DNA of 37,504 nt, taken from assembly GCA_039798785.1 (NCBI GenBank), contig JBDKFG010000047.1, positions 1 to 37,504 of the forward strand. The letters run 5' to 3'. Numbering within the stretch: position 1 is the stretch's first letter; each line of letters starts with the position of its first letter. The notes under the pieces are model-generated. The model had not been told where the DNA came from. It searched no databases and was given only the letters and a program-made list of their open reading frames with translations. Position numbers and translations under genes: made by a program. Positions 27,683-37,420 of the stretch are shown piece by piece. Origin of the DNA: Verrucomicrobiota bacterium. Its GTDB lineage: Bacteria; Verrucomicrobiota; Lentisphaeria; Lentisphaerales; Lentisphaeraceae.

Positions 27683-28321
27683 ATGCCCATTCTCGATAAA
27701 ATCACCGCCGGCGATCCCGACGGCGCCATCACCGTGGTCCTTCTTCACGGCTACGGTTCCAACATGCATGACCTCGCCGATCTGGCGCCGATCTTCGGCC
27801 CCGGCGTACGGGTCGATTGCCTGCAAGGGCCGATCGATCTCGAAGGTGGCGACTCCGATTGCCGCGCCTGGTACAATCTCGAATTCACGCCGCAGGGCGT
27901 CCGCGCCAATCCCTCCGAGGCGAAGGCGGCGGCCGATCTGATCGCGGCCGAACTCGACCGAAATTACGCCGACGTCGCCCTCGCCGGCAAGCTCTGGCTC
28001 GGCGGCTTTTCGCAGGGCTCGATGATGTCGCACGCCGTGTTGTTGCGCCATCCGCATTTGTTGCGCGGCATCTTCGGCTTCTCCGGACGCTTCATGCCGG
28101 AGATCTTTGCGGACGCCGCAGAGCTCGATCTCAGCGGCAAATCGGTCTTCCTCAGCCACGGCCGCCAGGATGCCGTCATCCCCTTCAGCTTCGGCGAACA
28201 GTTGCGCGACTTCTACCAGCGCAAAGGCGTCGACATGGCCTGGAGCGAGGACAACAGCGCCCACACCATCAGCGGCAAGGCGAGTCAGGCCGCCTCAGGA
28301 TTCTTTGCCGCAAGACAGTGA
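27683..28321 (+). CDS. Phospholipase/carboxylesterase (alpha/beta hydrolase)
   Basis: LLHGYGS, GFSQG nucleophile elbow, HGRQD and AHTI. Confidence 0.9.
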   Translation: MPILDKITAGDPDGAITVVLLHGYGSNMHDLADLAPIFGPGVRVDCLQGPIDLEGGDSDCRAWYNLEFTPQGVRANPSEAKAAADLIAAELDRNYADVALAGKLWLGGFSQGSMMSHAVLLRHPHLLRGIFGFSGRFMPEIFADAAELDLSGKSVFLSHGRQDAVIPFSFGEQLRDFYQRKGVDMAWSEDNSAHTISGKASQAASGFFAARQ

Positions 28322-28424
28322 GTGTACACAGGGAATCGCGTCTGCACCGCCTGCGAGTCCTTGCCAAGCAAAGTCTCCCCGGTATCTTGAGTGCGCAAAA
28401 CAACACACATCGGAGAGAATTCAC

Positions 28425-28790
28425 ATGCGTCGCTCGACTCTTGCCCTGGCCCTGCTCTGCGTCTCCCTGCCCATGCTGCCTTCCTGCGAAGGCATCAACA
28501 AGCAGGTCTCGAATGTCCGCGGCGAAGTCAAGGAAGTCCTTCCTTACAAGCTGACCGACTGCCGCGAAGCGGTTGAAGACAGCATCAAGGCACTCAGCTT
28601 CAAGTTGGCAACCAAAAATGTCGACGCCTTCGTCGCCATCTTCGAATTCTACAACGCCGAGAACACCAAGATCACCGCCCGGCTCCGCAAGATCGACGAC
28701 AAGAGCACCCAGCTTGAGCTGCAGATCGGCGCCTTTGGCGACGACCAGCTGGGACAGATGATCGTGGCCGACATCAAGAAGCGTCTCTGA
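28425..28790 (+). CDS. DUF3568-family lipoprotein
   Basis: GGAGA RBS, signal peptide ending LPSC, C-terminal TQLELQIGAFGDDQLGQMIVADIKKRL. Confidence 0.75.
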   Translation: MRRSTLALALLCVSLPMLPSCEGINKQVSNVRGEVKEVLPYKLTDCREAVEDSIKALSFKLATKNVDAFVAIFEFYNAENTKITARLRKIDDKSTQLELQIGAFGDDQLGQMIVADIKKRL

Positions 28791-28803
28791 TCGGCTGTTT
28801 TCG

Positions 28804-30015
28804 ATGCTCACCAAGGAGCTGATCCGCGTCCGGCGCCAGAAAGGCCGGATACTGCCGCAGTTCCTCAATGTCAAAGACTCCGCCGCGCTCGACAGCGCCA
28901 GCCAGCTCCTGCTCCTCTATCGCGCCTGTGCTGGACGAAGCCGCGGCGAACTGGAAGAGGAGGCGGCAATGATCAGCAACGCCGCTCCGGCGCCCCTGGT
29001 CGCCCGCGGCTTCGACCGGATCCTGCTGCAGAGGACGGCGTTCCGCAAGGATGCTGGAAAAGAGCTGGAAGAGCTGCGCGGCCGTTGTTTTGCCGCCGCC
29101 GCGAAGCTGCACCGCGAGGGACTGCCCGCAACCGAAGAGGAGCTGCGCGCCGCCGTCATCGCGGCCGATCCAGGCTTGCAGGATTTCATCGACGGCGATC
29201 TCTATCGGGACCTGCCGGAGAACGAAGTCGCCGAAAGCTTTGAAGACATCTCCGAAGAACACCTGCTGCATCGTTATAACCTGTCATTGGTCCAGGGGCT
29301 CCTCCTCAGCGCCCAGCGCCTCCAGATCGAAATCCTCGAGCCCGAGCCGGCGCAGCTCCGGCGTCTGTTCAAATACCTGCGTTTCTTCCGCCTCATGGCC
29401 CTGGTCACCGCTGGCCCACGCGGCGCCGAAGCCGGCCACCTCCTGATCGAGGTGGACGGCCCCGCCTCGCTCTTCGACTCGTCCCAGAAATACGGCGTCC
29501 AGCTGGCGTCCTTCTTCCCGGCCCTGGTCGACCTTCATTCCTGGCGTCTGAGGGCAGAAATCACCCACGGGAAAAAACCCGGGGCCCTGCTCATCGACGA
29601 GCGGGACGGCCTGGTCGGCTTCTACCGCCATTTCGGCGCTCACGTGCCGGAGGAGATCAAGGTCTTCCACCAGAGCTTCAAGGATCGATCGAAAACCTGG
29701 GAGATCACCTCGGGAAACCATCTGCAATTCGCCGATGGCGAGATCATCTTCCCCGACCTCAGCTTTTCCTGGGACGGCAGGATCCGGCATCTCGAACTCT
29801 TCCACCGCTGGCACACGCAGCCGCTCCTTCGCCGCCTCGAACAGCTCGGCCGCGAACCCGGGCTCGGACTGCTCATCGGCGTCGAAAGGACTCTCCTCAA
29901 GGATCCCGCCGTCGCCGCCGCCCTCGCCGCCCACCCGAGCTACCTCCATTCAGGCTTCGAATTCCGCGACTTCCCCGGCGTCCCGACGGTGCTCAACCTC
30001 CTCAACCGGAGCTGA
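28804..30015 (+). CDS. DUF790-family protein (Bax1-like predicted nuclease)
   Basis: MLTKEL, LYRDL, LLHRYNLSLVQGLL, LFKYLRFFRL, DGPASLF..KYG..LA and PD..F..ELFHRW motifs. Confidence 0.85.
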   Translation: MLTKELIRVRRQKGRILPQFLNVKDSAALDSASQLLLLYRACAGRSRGELEEEAAMISNAAPAPLVARGFDRILLQRTAFRKDAGKELEELRGRCFAAAAKLHREGLPATEEELRAAVIAADPGLQDFIDGDLYRDLPENEVAESFEDISEEHLLHRYNLSLVQGLLLSAQRLQIEILEPEPAQLRRLFKYLRFFRLMALVTAGPRGAEAGHLLIEVDGPASLFDSSQKYGVQLASFFPALVDLHSWRLRAEITHGKKPGALLIDERDGLVGFYRHFGAHVPEEIKVFHQSFKDRSKTWEITSGNHLQFADGEIIFPDLSFSWDGRIRHLELFHRWHTQPLLRRLEQLGREPGLGLLIGVERTLLKDPAVAAALAAHPSYLHSGFEFRDFPGVPTVLNLLNRS

Positions 30016-30080
30016 GGCGCCTGGCTTGCAGATTCGCAAATCGCCTTGAGATTCAGTGCACTCGCAACCACGGATCCACC

Positions 30081-31112
30081 ATGAACGCCCTTGCCCATGA
30101 TGTCGCGCTCGACGCCTGCAACACCCTCGGCCTCCCCAGCCGCGCCAGCCACTTCGCCCGCATCGCCACGACGGCAGGTCTGGGTCATTCCATAGCAGCC
30201 TGGCGGCAGGAAAACGAGCTCGCCTCGAAACCCTGGCGCATCCTCGGCGGGGGCTCCAACCTGGTTCTGCCGCGACGGATCGAGGCACTGGTCCTCAAGA
30301 TCGAAATCCCAGGCCGTGAAATCCTCTCCTCCGGTGACGAAGGAGTCTTCGTCCGCGGCGGCGGCGGCGAAAACTGGCACGATTTCGTCCAGTGGACCCT
30401 GGCGCAAGGGCTCTGCGGACTGGAAAACCTGTCGCTCATCCCCGGCACCGTCGGCGCCTCGCCGATCCAGAACATCGGTGCTTACGGGGTCGAGGTGATG
30501 GACCTGATTCACGAAGTTCACGCCGTCGATCTGCTCAGCGGCGAGCCCAGGATTTTTCCGCGACAGGACTGCCGCTTTTCCTACCGCGACAGCATTTTCA
30601 AGCACGAATGGGCCGAGCGCCTGCTGATCACCGAGGTGATTTTCCATCTCCCCAGGGTCTTCCGCCCCAACATCGGCTATGGAGACATCGCGCGGCAGCT
30701 GGAATCCGCCAAAATCTCATGCCCGGGCCCTGCCGAGGTCGCCGCCGCGGTGATGGCGATCCGCCGCAGCAAGCTGCCCGACCCGGCCCGCATCGGCAAT
30801 GCCGGATCCTTCTTCAAAAACCCGGTTCTTCCTGCGGAGTTTGCGATGGAATTGAAGTCTCGTTTCCCGGCTCTGGTGAGCTATCCCCAGTCCGACGGCA
30901 CGACCAAGCTGGCCGCCGGCTGGCTGATCGAACAGGCGGGCTGGAAAGGTCGACGAATCGGTCCCGCCGGAATGTTCGAGAAGCAGGCACTCTGCCTGGT
31001 CAATCACGGCGGAGCCACGGCTGAAGACATCATCGCGGTGCGCGATGCGGTGGCCGCCGATGTCCTCGCCCGTTTCGGCGTCCAGCTCGAGGCCGAACCG
31101 GTCCACTGGTGA
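30081..31112 (+). CDS. murB: UDP-N-acetylenolpyruvoylglucosamine reductase
   Basis: LGGGSN, GLENLSLIPGTVGASPIQNIGAYG, FSYRDSIFK, GNAGSFFKNP and LEAEP motifs. Confidence 0.97.
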   Translation: MNALAHDVALDACNTLGLPSRASHFARIATTAGLGHSIAAWRQENELASKPWRILGGGSNLVLPRRIEALVLKIEIPGREILSSGDEGVFVRGGGGENWHDFVQWTLAQGLCGLENLSLIPGTVGASPIQNIGAYGVEVMDLIHEVHAVDLLSGEPRIFPRQDCRFSYRDSIFKHEWAERLLITEVIFHLPRVFRPNIGYGDIARQLESAKISCPGPAEVAAAVMAIRRSKLPDPARIGNAGSFFKNPVLPAEFAMELKSRFPALVSYPQSDGTTKLAAGWLIEQAGWKGRRIGPAGMFEKQALCLVNHGGATAEDIIAVRDAVAADVLARFGVQLEAEPVHW

Positions 31113-31200
31113 GCCTTTTACAAATTCCTTACAATAGCCGCGGCGAATCGGGATTGCGGCTGGAGTAGACTGAAGGCAAGACCAGCCCCGGGGCCCGACC

Positions 31201-31914
31201 ATGAAAATCCTCTCGCTCCTCTTCGCCGCGCTCCTCACCGGCTCCTGCCATAAAGCCTCTTCTACGAGAATCCCCGAGCCTCAGGCGCAAAAAAACGTTT
31301 ACGAGCCGGCGGAAGGCGATGTCCTCTTCCAGAAGATCGGCGACGCCCCACTGCCGCAAGCGATCCGGATCGCCACCCTGTCCGAGTTCTCCCACTGCGG
31401 CCTGGTGCTGCAAGGAAAAGAGGGTGATTGGAAAGTGATCGAGGCGATCGGGCCGGTCCAGGAAACGCCCTTTGAAGAGTGGATCGCCCGCGATCAGGGC
31501 CGCTTCACCGCCTGCCGCCTCCAAAGCGACAGGCGCGCCTCGATTGCCGCATGGATCGCCTCGGCGCGGAAATACCTGGGCCGTCCCTACGATATCCATT
31601 ACAGCCTTGACGACGAGCACATCTACTGCTCGGAACTGGTGTGGAAGGCCTGGCGCGACGCCACCGGTGAAGAGCTCGGCCGCTTGCAGAAGCTGGGAGA
31701 ACTGAACTGGCGTCCGGCGACTCCGGTGATCCTCGCCATCGAGGGACGCCTGCCCCTGGAACGCCAGATGATCACTCCCGTCGAAATCTCCCGCGCTCCG
31801 GAATTGCAAAGGATCTGGGGCGGAGACGGCAGACTTGAGCTGCCTGCCCCCCAGCCAGGCGCTGCACAAAGCCCTCCAATAACGGATGGACAAGCCTTGC
31901 CAAAATCGCACTAA
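31201..31914 (+). CDS. YiiX/YebB-like permuted papain-like (NlpC/P60) amidase, probable lipoprotein
   Basis: GDVLFQ, SHCG (His before Cys), VIEA, LGRPYD, YCSELV and ITP. Signal peptide ending TGSC. Confidence 0.88.
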   Translation: MKILSLLFAALLTGSCHKASSTRIPEPQAQKNVYEPAEGDVLFQKIGDAPLPQAIRIATLSEFSHCGLVLQGKEGDWKVIEAIGPVQETPFEEWIARDQGRFTACRLQSDRRASIAAWIASARKYLGRPYDIHYSLDDEHIYCSELVWKAWRDATGEELGRLQKLGELNWRPATPVILAIEGRLPLERQMITPVEISRAPELQRIWGGDGRLELPAPQPGAAQSPPITDGQALPKSH

Positions 31915-31928
31915 TTGCTTTTAATCAA
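31915..31928. promoter_or_regulatory. FNR/FixK-like box upstream of ccoG
   Basis: TTGCT-TTTA-ATCAA, one mismatch to TTGAT-N4-ATCAA, in an AT-rich patch 86 nt before ccoG. Confidence 0.5.
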
Positions 31929-32014
31929 TGATATAACTCGATTAAAACAGCTCCTTCAGCGGGCTCTGCTAGAGGCGGATCATCCCATCACCGCCATCAA
32001 CCCAAGACTCACCC

Positions 32015-33424
32015 GTGACCGCCCCCAACGACGACTTCCGCAATTGTGCGGCGACAGCAAGCAAAGACGGCACACGCCTTTGGGTCTACGCCCGTCAATC
32101 GAAAGGCTTCTACACCAGCGCCCGCCGCTGGCTCTCCTTCCTGCAGATCAGCTTCCTGATTCTCGCCCCCTTCGTCAAGATCAACGGCGAGCCGGTCCTG
32201 ATGTTCAACATCTTCGAGCGACGCGTAAGCATCTTCGGTTTCTGTTTCTGGCCACAGGATCTCTATCTCTTCGCTCTGGCGATGATCACCGGCCTGGTGG
32301 CCATCGCTCTGCTGACCATGGTCTGGGGCAGAGTCTTCTGCGGATGGGCCTGCCCGCAGACGATCTTTCTCGAAATGATGTTCCGACGCATCGAGTGGTT
32401 CATTGAGGGCGATGGCCCGGAACAACGCAGACAGGCGAAACAGCCGCTACGCGGCCTCCGTCTGCTGCGCCGCGTCGTCAAACTCCTGGTTTTCTTCTCC
32501 CTGTCCTTCCTGCTCTCCAACGTCTTCCTCGGGTACATCGTCGGAGGGGACAAGCTCCTCTCCTTGATGGCCCACTCGCCCTCCCACAACTGGCCGCTCT
32601 TCTGGAGCGTCCTGATCTTCAGCATCGTCTTCTTCTGGCACTTCACCATCTTCCGGGAACAGCTCTGCGCCTTCCTCTGCCCCTACGCCCGGCTGCAATC
32701 GGTTTTCATCGACAAGGCCACCCTGGGCGTCGCCTACGACGAAATCCGCGGCGAACCGCGGCTGCGCGGCGCCGCGAGGAAGGCGGCGGAGGCCAACCCG
32801 AAACAAGCCAGGGGGGACTGCGTCGACTGCGGCCTCTGCGTCCAGGTCTGCCCCGCCGGCATCGACATCCGCAACGGCTTCCCGCAGCTCGAATGCGTCA
32901 ACTGCACCGCCTGCATGGACGCCTGCGACGGAGTGATGAAATCGCTCGGCAAGGCTCCAGCCTTGATCGGCTTCAAGTCGCGTGAAATGATCGAGGAGCG
33001 CCGTACCTTCCACTTCACCCCGCGAGTGATATTCTACAGCCTCGCCGTCGCCCTCCTCGGAGGCGCCACCCTGCTCCTCGCCGTCACCCGCAGCGACACC
33101 GAATCGACCTTGCTCCGCATGCGCGGATCGACCTGCATCTTCCGCGGCGACGAAGCCCTCAATGTCTACGAGATGCGGGTCCTCAACAAGACTGCCCGCG
33201 ACCTGGTTCTGAGCCCGGCCCTGGAGGGAATCGGAAGGGTCGAATCCGCCCCCTTCCCGGTCAAGGCCCGACAGGAGGCCAGGCTCACCCTCCTCATCGC
33301 CCTGCCGAAGAGCGCCTGCAGCCACGTCCGCGGCGAACGCATCAACTTGAAAGTCACGCTCACCGACGCCGAAGGCCGACTGGTCGAAACCGTCGCCACC
33401 CGCTTCCTCGGGCCGGAGAAGTGA
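32015..33424 (+). CDS. ccoG: Cytochrome c oxidase (cbb3) accessory protein CcoG/FixG
   Basis: FWPQD, GRVFCGWACPQT, REQLC..CPY, two 4Fe-4S motifs (CVDCGLCVQVCP, CVNCTACMDAC), several TM helices. Confidence 0.95.
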   Translation: MTAPNDDFRNCAATASKDGTRLWVYARQSKGFYTSARRWLSFLQISFLILAPFVKINGEPVLMFNIFERRVSIFGFCFWPQDLYLFALAMITGLVAIALLTMVWGRVFCGWACPQTIFLEMMFRRIEWFIEGDGPEQRRQAKQPLRGLRLLRRVVKLLVFFSLSFLLSNVFLGYIVGGDKLLSLMAHSPSHNWPLFWSVLIFSIVFFWHFTIFREQLCAFLCPYARLQSVFIDKATLGVAYDEIRGEPRLRGAARKAAEANPKQARGDCVDCGLCVQVCPAGIDIRNGFPQLECVNCTACMDACDGVMKSLGKAPALIGFKSREMIEERRTFHFTPRVIFYSLAVALLGGATLLLAVTRSDTESTLLRMRGSTCIFRGDEALNVYEMRVLNKTARDLVLSPALEGIGRVESAPFPVKARQEARLTLLIALPKSACSHVRGERINLKVTLTDAEGRLVETVATRFLGPEK

Positions 33425-33473
33425 CACCCTTCCCTCCCCCACATGCCCGAGACCAATAAGGAAGATTTGAACC

Positions 33474-33956
33474 ATGGAAGCTCCCCGCAAGACCGTAAAT
33501 TCAGAGAGCCCAGAATCCCGCCGCGCCGGAAGGATCTGGGGCGGCGGCGTCATCGTCGTCATGCTCGCCTTCATCCTCTTCATCAGCATCAACGTCGGCC
33601 GCATGCTCGGTCAGAGACCCGAGCTGGTGCGCAAAGACTATTACGCCGCCGACCTCGCCTTCCAGAAAACACTCGACGCCCGCGCCCGTGCCGCCGCCCT
33701 CGGCACGCGGACACCGCAGATCCTGATTCAAGGGGACAGCCTACGCATCCTCGGCACCACCGGCCTCGCCGGCAAGGCGCAACTCCAGCGCCCCTCGGAC
33801 AGCCGCCTGGACCGCATCGTCGAGATCGCTCCGGACGCCACTGGCAGCCAGATTCTCGCCGACAAGCTCGCCCCGGGCCGCTGGATCCTCAGTCTGAGAT
33901 GGAATCAAGCCGGACAGGATTACGAGAAGATTTGGAATCTGAGCATCGTCCCTTGA
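33474..33956 (+). CDS. fixH: FixH/CcoH-family protein
   Basis: One TM helix, ELVRKDYY..L.FQ, RPSDSRLD and GRW motifs. Directly follows ccoG. Confidence 0.82.
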   Translation: MEAPRKTVNSESPESRRAGRIWGGGVIVVMLAFILFISINVGRMLGQRPELVRKDYYAADLAFQKTLDARARAAALGTRTPQILIQGDSLRILGTTGLAGKAQLQRPSDSRLDRIVEIAPDATGSQILADKLAPGRWILSLRWNQAGQDYEKIWNLSIVP

Positions 33957-34134
33957 CCACTGATTCAGAAGTTGGGAATTCAATCGCGGCGCAGCATGCA
34001 GTGGACGACGAGTGATTCTCCGCTTGCAAGCGGCTCGTCGCACTTGCGGAAGGCCAGGTCGCTAGCAAGAGAGGCGAACTCTCGCGGCGAGCCGGCCGGA
34101 GGAGCGTGGTCGCCGTCCCGCTGAATGGGCTCGC

Positions 34135-35517
34135 TCAATCGAGAGTCTCAAGCACCACCACCGTGTCGGAGGGATGTTGGAAGACCGGATCGGGGCGGAG
34201 GACGACCCCTTCGGGGCCGAGCTCCAGGTGCAGGGCCTGGCGGCGGCCGTCGGCGAGCATCCAGGCCTTGAGCTTGCCAGCGGGCACTTCCTTGAGGGGC
34301 ACAGTGATGTGGAATCCTTCGGGTCCCGTCCGGGCCGGCCAGTCGAAGATGTGGCAGTAGAGCTTACGATCCTTGGCGGTGATACGTCCCCAAGGCACAG
34401 CGGCAAGAGGGTTGGCGCGGGTGCCATAGACCGACTCCCCATAGGTCCTGAGCCAAGCACCGAGCTCACGGAAGCGAATCTTGGTGGCCTCGGGGATGGA
34501 TCCGTCCGGAGCCGGCCCGAGGTTGATCAGATAATTACCTCCCTTGGAACAACAGTCGACGAGATTGCGCACCAGGGTGTCGCCGGTCTTCCATTGGAAG
34601 TCATGGGCGCTGAAGCCCCAGGTGCCGTTGAGAGTCATGCAGGACTCCCAATTGACGCCGGGCATGCCGGTCGCCGGAATGGTCTGCTCAGGCGTGGCGA
34701 AGTCCCCCTTGGTGTAGTCCATCGCGCTGAACCCTTTGAAGTCCGTGCCCATGTTCTCGTGGTAGAGTCGGTTGTTCATGATGATGCCAGGCTGCAGCTT
34801 GCGGCACATCGCCATCAGTTCCTGAGCACGCCAGGCCTCGCCGTTGACCTGTGCTGAGGAGTAATCCCACCACAGCACATCGACCTTGCCATAGTTACGC
34901 AAAAGCTCCTTCACCTGGGCGTGAAGAAAGTCGACATACTTGGCGTGGTCTCGCCCAGCGTCCGAACTGCCTTTGATGTGAGGGCCGCCGGACGTGTAGG
35001 CGTCGGGGTGGTGCCAGTCCCACAGGGAGTGGTAATAGCCGAGCTTGAGCCCCTGGGATCGCGTGGCCTCGGAGATCTCCTTGACCAGGTCGCGGCCAGT
35101 GGCCTCCTTGGCATCGAAACGGCTCAGCTTCGAGTCGTGCAGCGCAAAACCCTCATGATGCTTGGTGGTGAAAACCAGATACTGCGCCCCCATCTCCTTC
35201 GCCAGCTGCGCCCACTCCTCGGCGAAACCCTCTTTCGGCTTGAAGGCCGGCACCATCACCTTTTCGTATTCGTCCGCCGAAATGCCGGCGTAATTCTGAA
35301 TCCACTCGACGCCGCCGCCATAGACCTTGCCTTTCCACTCTCCCTGGGCGGAACTGTACAGCCCGTAGTGGACGAACATCCCTAGCTTGGCGTCATGCCA
35401 CCACTCCATCCGCTGCTCCCGCTCGAGCACGGACTCGCTCGGCGACGGCGAAACGGACGGGGCTTGACAGGCGGCAAGCAGCATGATGAACAACGAAGCT
35501 GGCAAGAAGGTTTTCAT
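34135..35517 (-). CDS. Alpha-L-fucosidase (GH29), lipoprotein
   Basis: WWHDAKLGMFVHYGLYS, TTKHHEGF, LWWD nucleophile, NNR, TPEQ, WESC and KGGNYLINLGP. Lipobox LAAC. Confidence 0.94.
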   Translation of the reverse strand: MKTFLPASLFIMLLAACQAPSVSPSPSESVLEREQRMEWWHDAKLGMFVHYGLYSSAQGEWKGKVYGGGVEWIQNYAGISADEYEKVMVPAFKPKEGFAEEWAQLAKEMGAQYLVFTTKHHEGFALHDSKLSRFDAKEATGRDLVKEISEATRSQGLKLGYYHSLWDWHHPDAYTSGGPHIKGSSDAGRDHAKYVDFLHAQVKELLRNYGKVDVLWWDYSSAQVNGEAWRAQELMAMCRKLQPGIIMNNRLYHENMGTDFKGFSAMDYTKGDFATPEQTIPATGMPGVNWESCMTLNGTWGFSAHDFQWKTGDTLVRNLVDCCSKGGNYLINLGPAPDGSIPEATKIRFRELGAWLRTYGESVYGTRANPLAAVPWGRITAKDRKLYCHIFDWPARTGPEGFHITVPLKEVPAGKLKAWMLADGRRQALHLELGPEGVVLRPDPVFQHPSDTVVVLETLD

Positions 35518-35647
35518 GAGGACTCCTGGTGGACTGGGCTAGATAGATCGGTACTTTTCTTGGAGATCTTTGCCTTCGCATTGTTCCAGTAGAGCGGAAA
35601 AATCGCCCAATACAGCGGCAGATCTAACTCATGACCTCAAGAGATCA

Positions 35648-37111
35648 TCAGAGACTGATTTCTGCATCTGAACGAGGGTCGCACCAGCGGACCGCCTTGG
35701 CAAAGAAAGCTGGATCGGTGGGTTGGCGTTCACAGTGGGTGCTGGTGAGCACCACGCGGCCCTTCCCGAAACGAGCGGAAATGACCGCCGGAACTCCCGC
35801 CAAGGGATAGCCCTCTTCGTTGCTCTGGAAACGCGACCAGATGCTGATCGCCGGATCATTCTCTGGCACGATGAACCAAGGTCCTCCCGACAGATCCGCC
35901 GCCTCCAGCCTGTGCTCCTTGCCGCCCAGCGCTTTCCACTCCAGCATGACGTCCTTATGCAGATCCGTGCCCTTGAAACGGATCGGTATGAGCGACAGCG
36001 ACGGATAAATCCTTTTCGGATCCGGACCGATGAAATTGCCGGCTCCCGTGCAGGCTCCCGCGCAGATGCCGAAATAGCCGCCTCCCGCTGCGACGAAATC
36101 CCGGATGATTTGCCGCCCTTCTTCTCCCAGCGCCTCGGTTTGCGGCGTCGCATTGCCGCCGCCTATGACCAGGACTTCGACCTGCGCGAGCACTCCGGAT
36201 TTGATCTCCTTGGCTCCCACGAGCTCGACTCTCAAGCCCGGATGGAGCGCAAGCTTGTCGCGCAGCCAGGCAGGCGGGTGACCGGTGCTGTTGGTGGCCC
36301 CGGCGTCATCATAAACCGCAACCCGGGTGAGGCCTGCTCGGCGCTCATCAAAGAGATTGTCCTTCCGGCTCCAGTCCGAACACATGCCGAGAGCGGCGGC
36401 GGCGCCGTAGACCGCATAGCGCAGCTCCCGCTGCCGCACCGAGGGACGCATGCCGAGCGCCGAATTGAACTTGGCGTTGGTGGTCACCAGAGTCCGTTGT
36501 TCATCGGCGCTCGAGCGCAGCTGCCATTTGCGCCCGGTAGGGGCCGCTTGCGAGGAAATCGCCGTCAGACAAGCCTGAGCGACGGGCCCGCCGCCGACAA
36601 TCGTGTCGCCCATCGCTCCCGTGGTGTAATTCCAGGAATCGAAATCCTCGCGCAAAACCAGGGTGTGGCGGGAAGGGAAGCGCCGCTCCAGCTCGGCCAG
36701 ACTCATCGCCTGCCAATCGGCAGGCGCGGTCCGCTGCGCAAAGACGTCGCGCTTTTCCACCAGGACGAGACAGCCGTGCTCCGGCGATCTGTGTTGCAGC
36801 TGACGCAAGGACTCGTGGGCGCAATTGCCCGCCGGGCTACTCGCTGCGACCACCCACAACACCGCCCCCGGGCGGCCGGAATCGAGAATGCGGACATCCC
36901 AGCCCTCCTGCGTCGCCGCGGGAGTGACGCAAGAGCTGAAAAGAGACAGGAGCGCCAGGAGCGCCAGGAGCACAGGCAGCCCGCGGCTTGCGGAACGGCT
37001 TGCGGGCTCCGGCGGAGTTCCGCTTTTGCCAGAAGAGCCGTCCGGGAAGCAGGGAAGTTTCGACAGCCTTTTCATCTTGAATGCCTTGGTTAAGCTTGTG
37101 GGAAGAATCAT
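35648..37111 (-). CDS. Putative lipoprotein with degenerate M14/AstE-like N-terminus and BPL-N (class I GATase-like) C-terminus
   Basis: Lipobox LFSSC. C-terminal VAVYDDAG, IGGG, IRDFVAAGGGYFGICAGA, GGP and FGKGRVVL..H.E. Start uncertain: ATG 37111 overlaps the upstream TGA, and 37075 is an alternative. Confidence 0.75.
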   Translation of the reverse strand: MILPTSLTKAFKMKRLSKLPCFPDGSSGKSGTPPEPASRSASRGLPVLLALLALLSLFSSCVTPAATQEGWDVRILDSGRPGAVLWVVAASSPAGNCAHESLRQLQHRSPEHGCLVLVEKRDVFAQRTAPADWQAMSLAELERRFPSRHTLVLREDFDSWNYTTGAMGDTIVGGGPVAQACLTAISSQAAPTGRKWQLRSSADEQRTLVTTNAKFNSALGMRPSVRQRELRYAVYGAAAALGMCSDWSRKDNLFDERRAGLTRVAVYDDAGATNSTGHPPAWLRDKLALHPGLRVELVGAKEIKSGVLAQVEVLVIGGGNATPQTEALGEEGRQIIRDFVAAGGGYFGICAGACTGAGNFIGPDPKRIYPSLSLIPIRFKGTDLHKDVMLEWKALGGKEHRLEAADLSGGPWFIVPENDPAISIWSRFQSNEEGYPLAGVPAVISARFGKGRVVLTSTHCERQPTDPAFFAKAVRWCDPRSDAEISL

Positions 37112-37419
37112 TTTTTCACGGCCGCGGGAGTTTTCGCCAGGATGGCCCCGGTCAAAACAATGACCGTACGCGTATGCCAGGCTTCCTTGTCGGTATCCAT
37201 CGGCAAAGACTCGGCATGGATGCCGAGATAGGGCTTGCCCTCAAGCCAGTCCCACTTGATATCGCCTTTTTCATCGACCCGGCCCTGGCCGGTGGCGGTG
37301 TATTCGCGCGCCTCGAGGCGAGCCCAGGCCCAGTCGCTTTTCCCGGTCAGGGAGTCGACGTATTTGAACTTGAACTGACCTTCATCGGGATCAAGGGTCT
37401 TCTGGTATGCCGTGCCCCT
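37108..37419 (-). pseudogene. 3' fragment of a gene truncated at the putative IS end
   Basis: Stop-free frame of 103 codons (GTAYQKTLDPDEGQFKFKYVDSLTGKSDWAWARLE..AAVKK*) with host-like GC3-rich codons. No start codon; an in-frame TAG lies at the 37420-37422 junction. Confidence 0.65.
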
Positions 37420-37420
37420 C

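Noticed and set aside
34020..34033. Perfect 14-bp palindrome CCGCTTGCAAGCGG, sharing GCAAGCGGCT with the spacer after larC (about 4247)
   Set aside because: Only two short matches in GC-rich DNA. Not enough to call a REP family without genome-wide counts.
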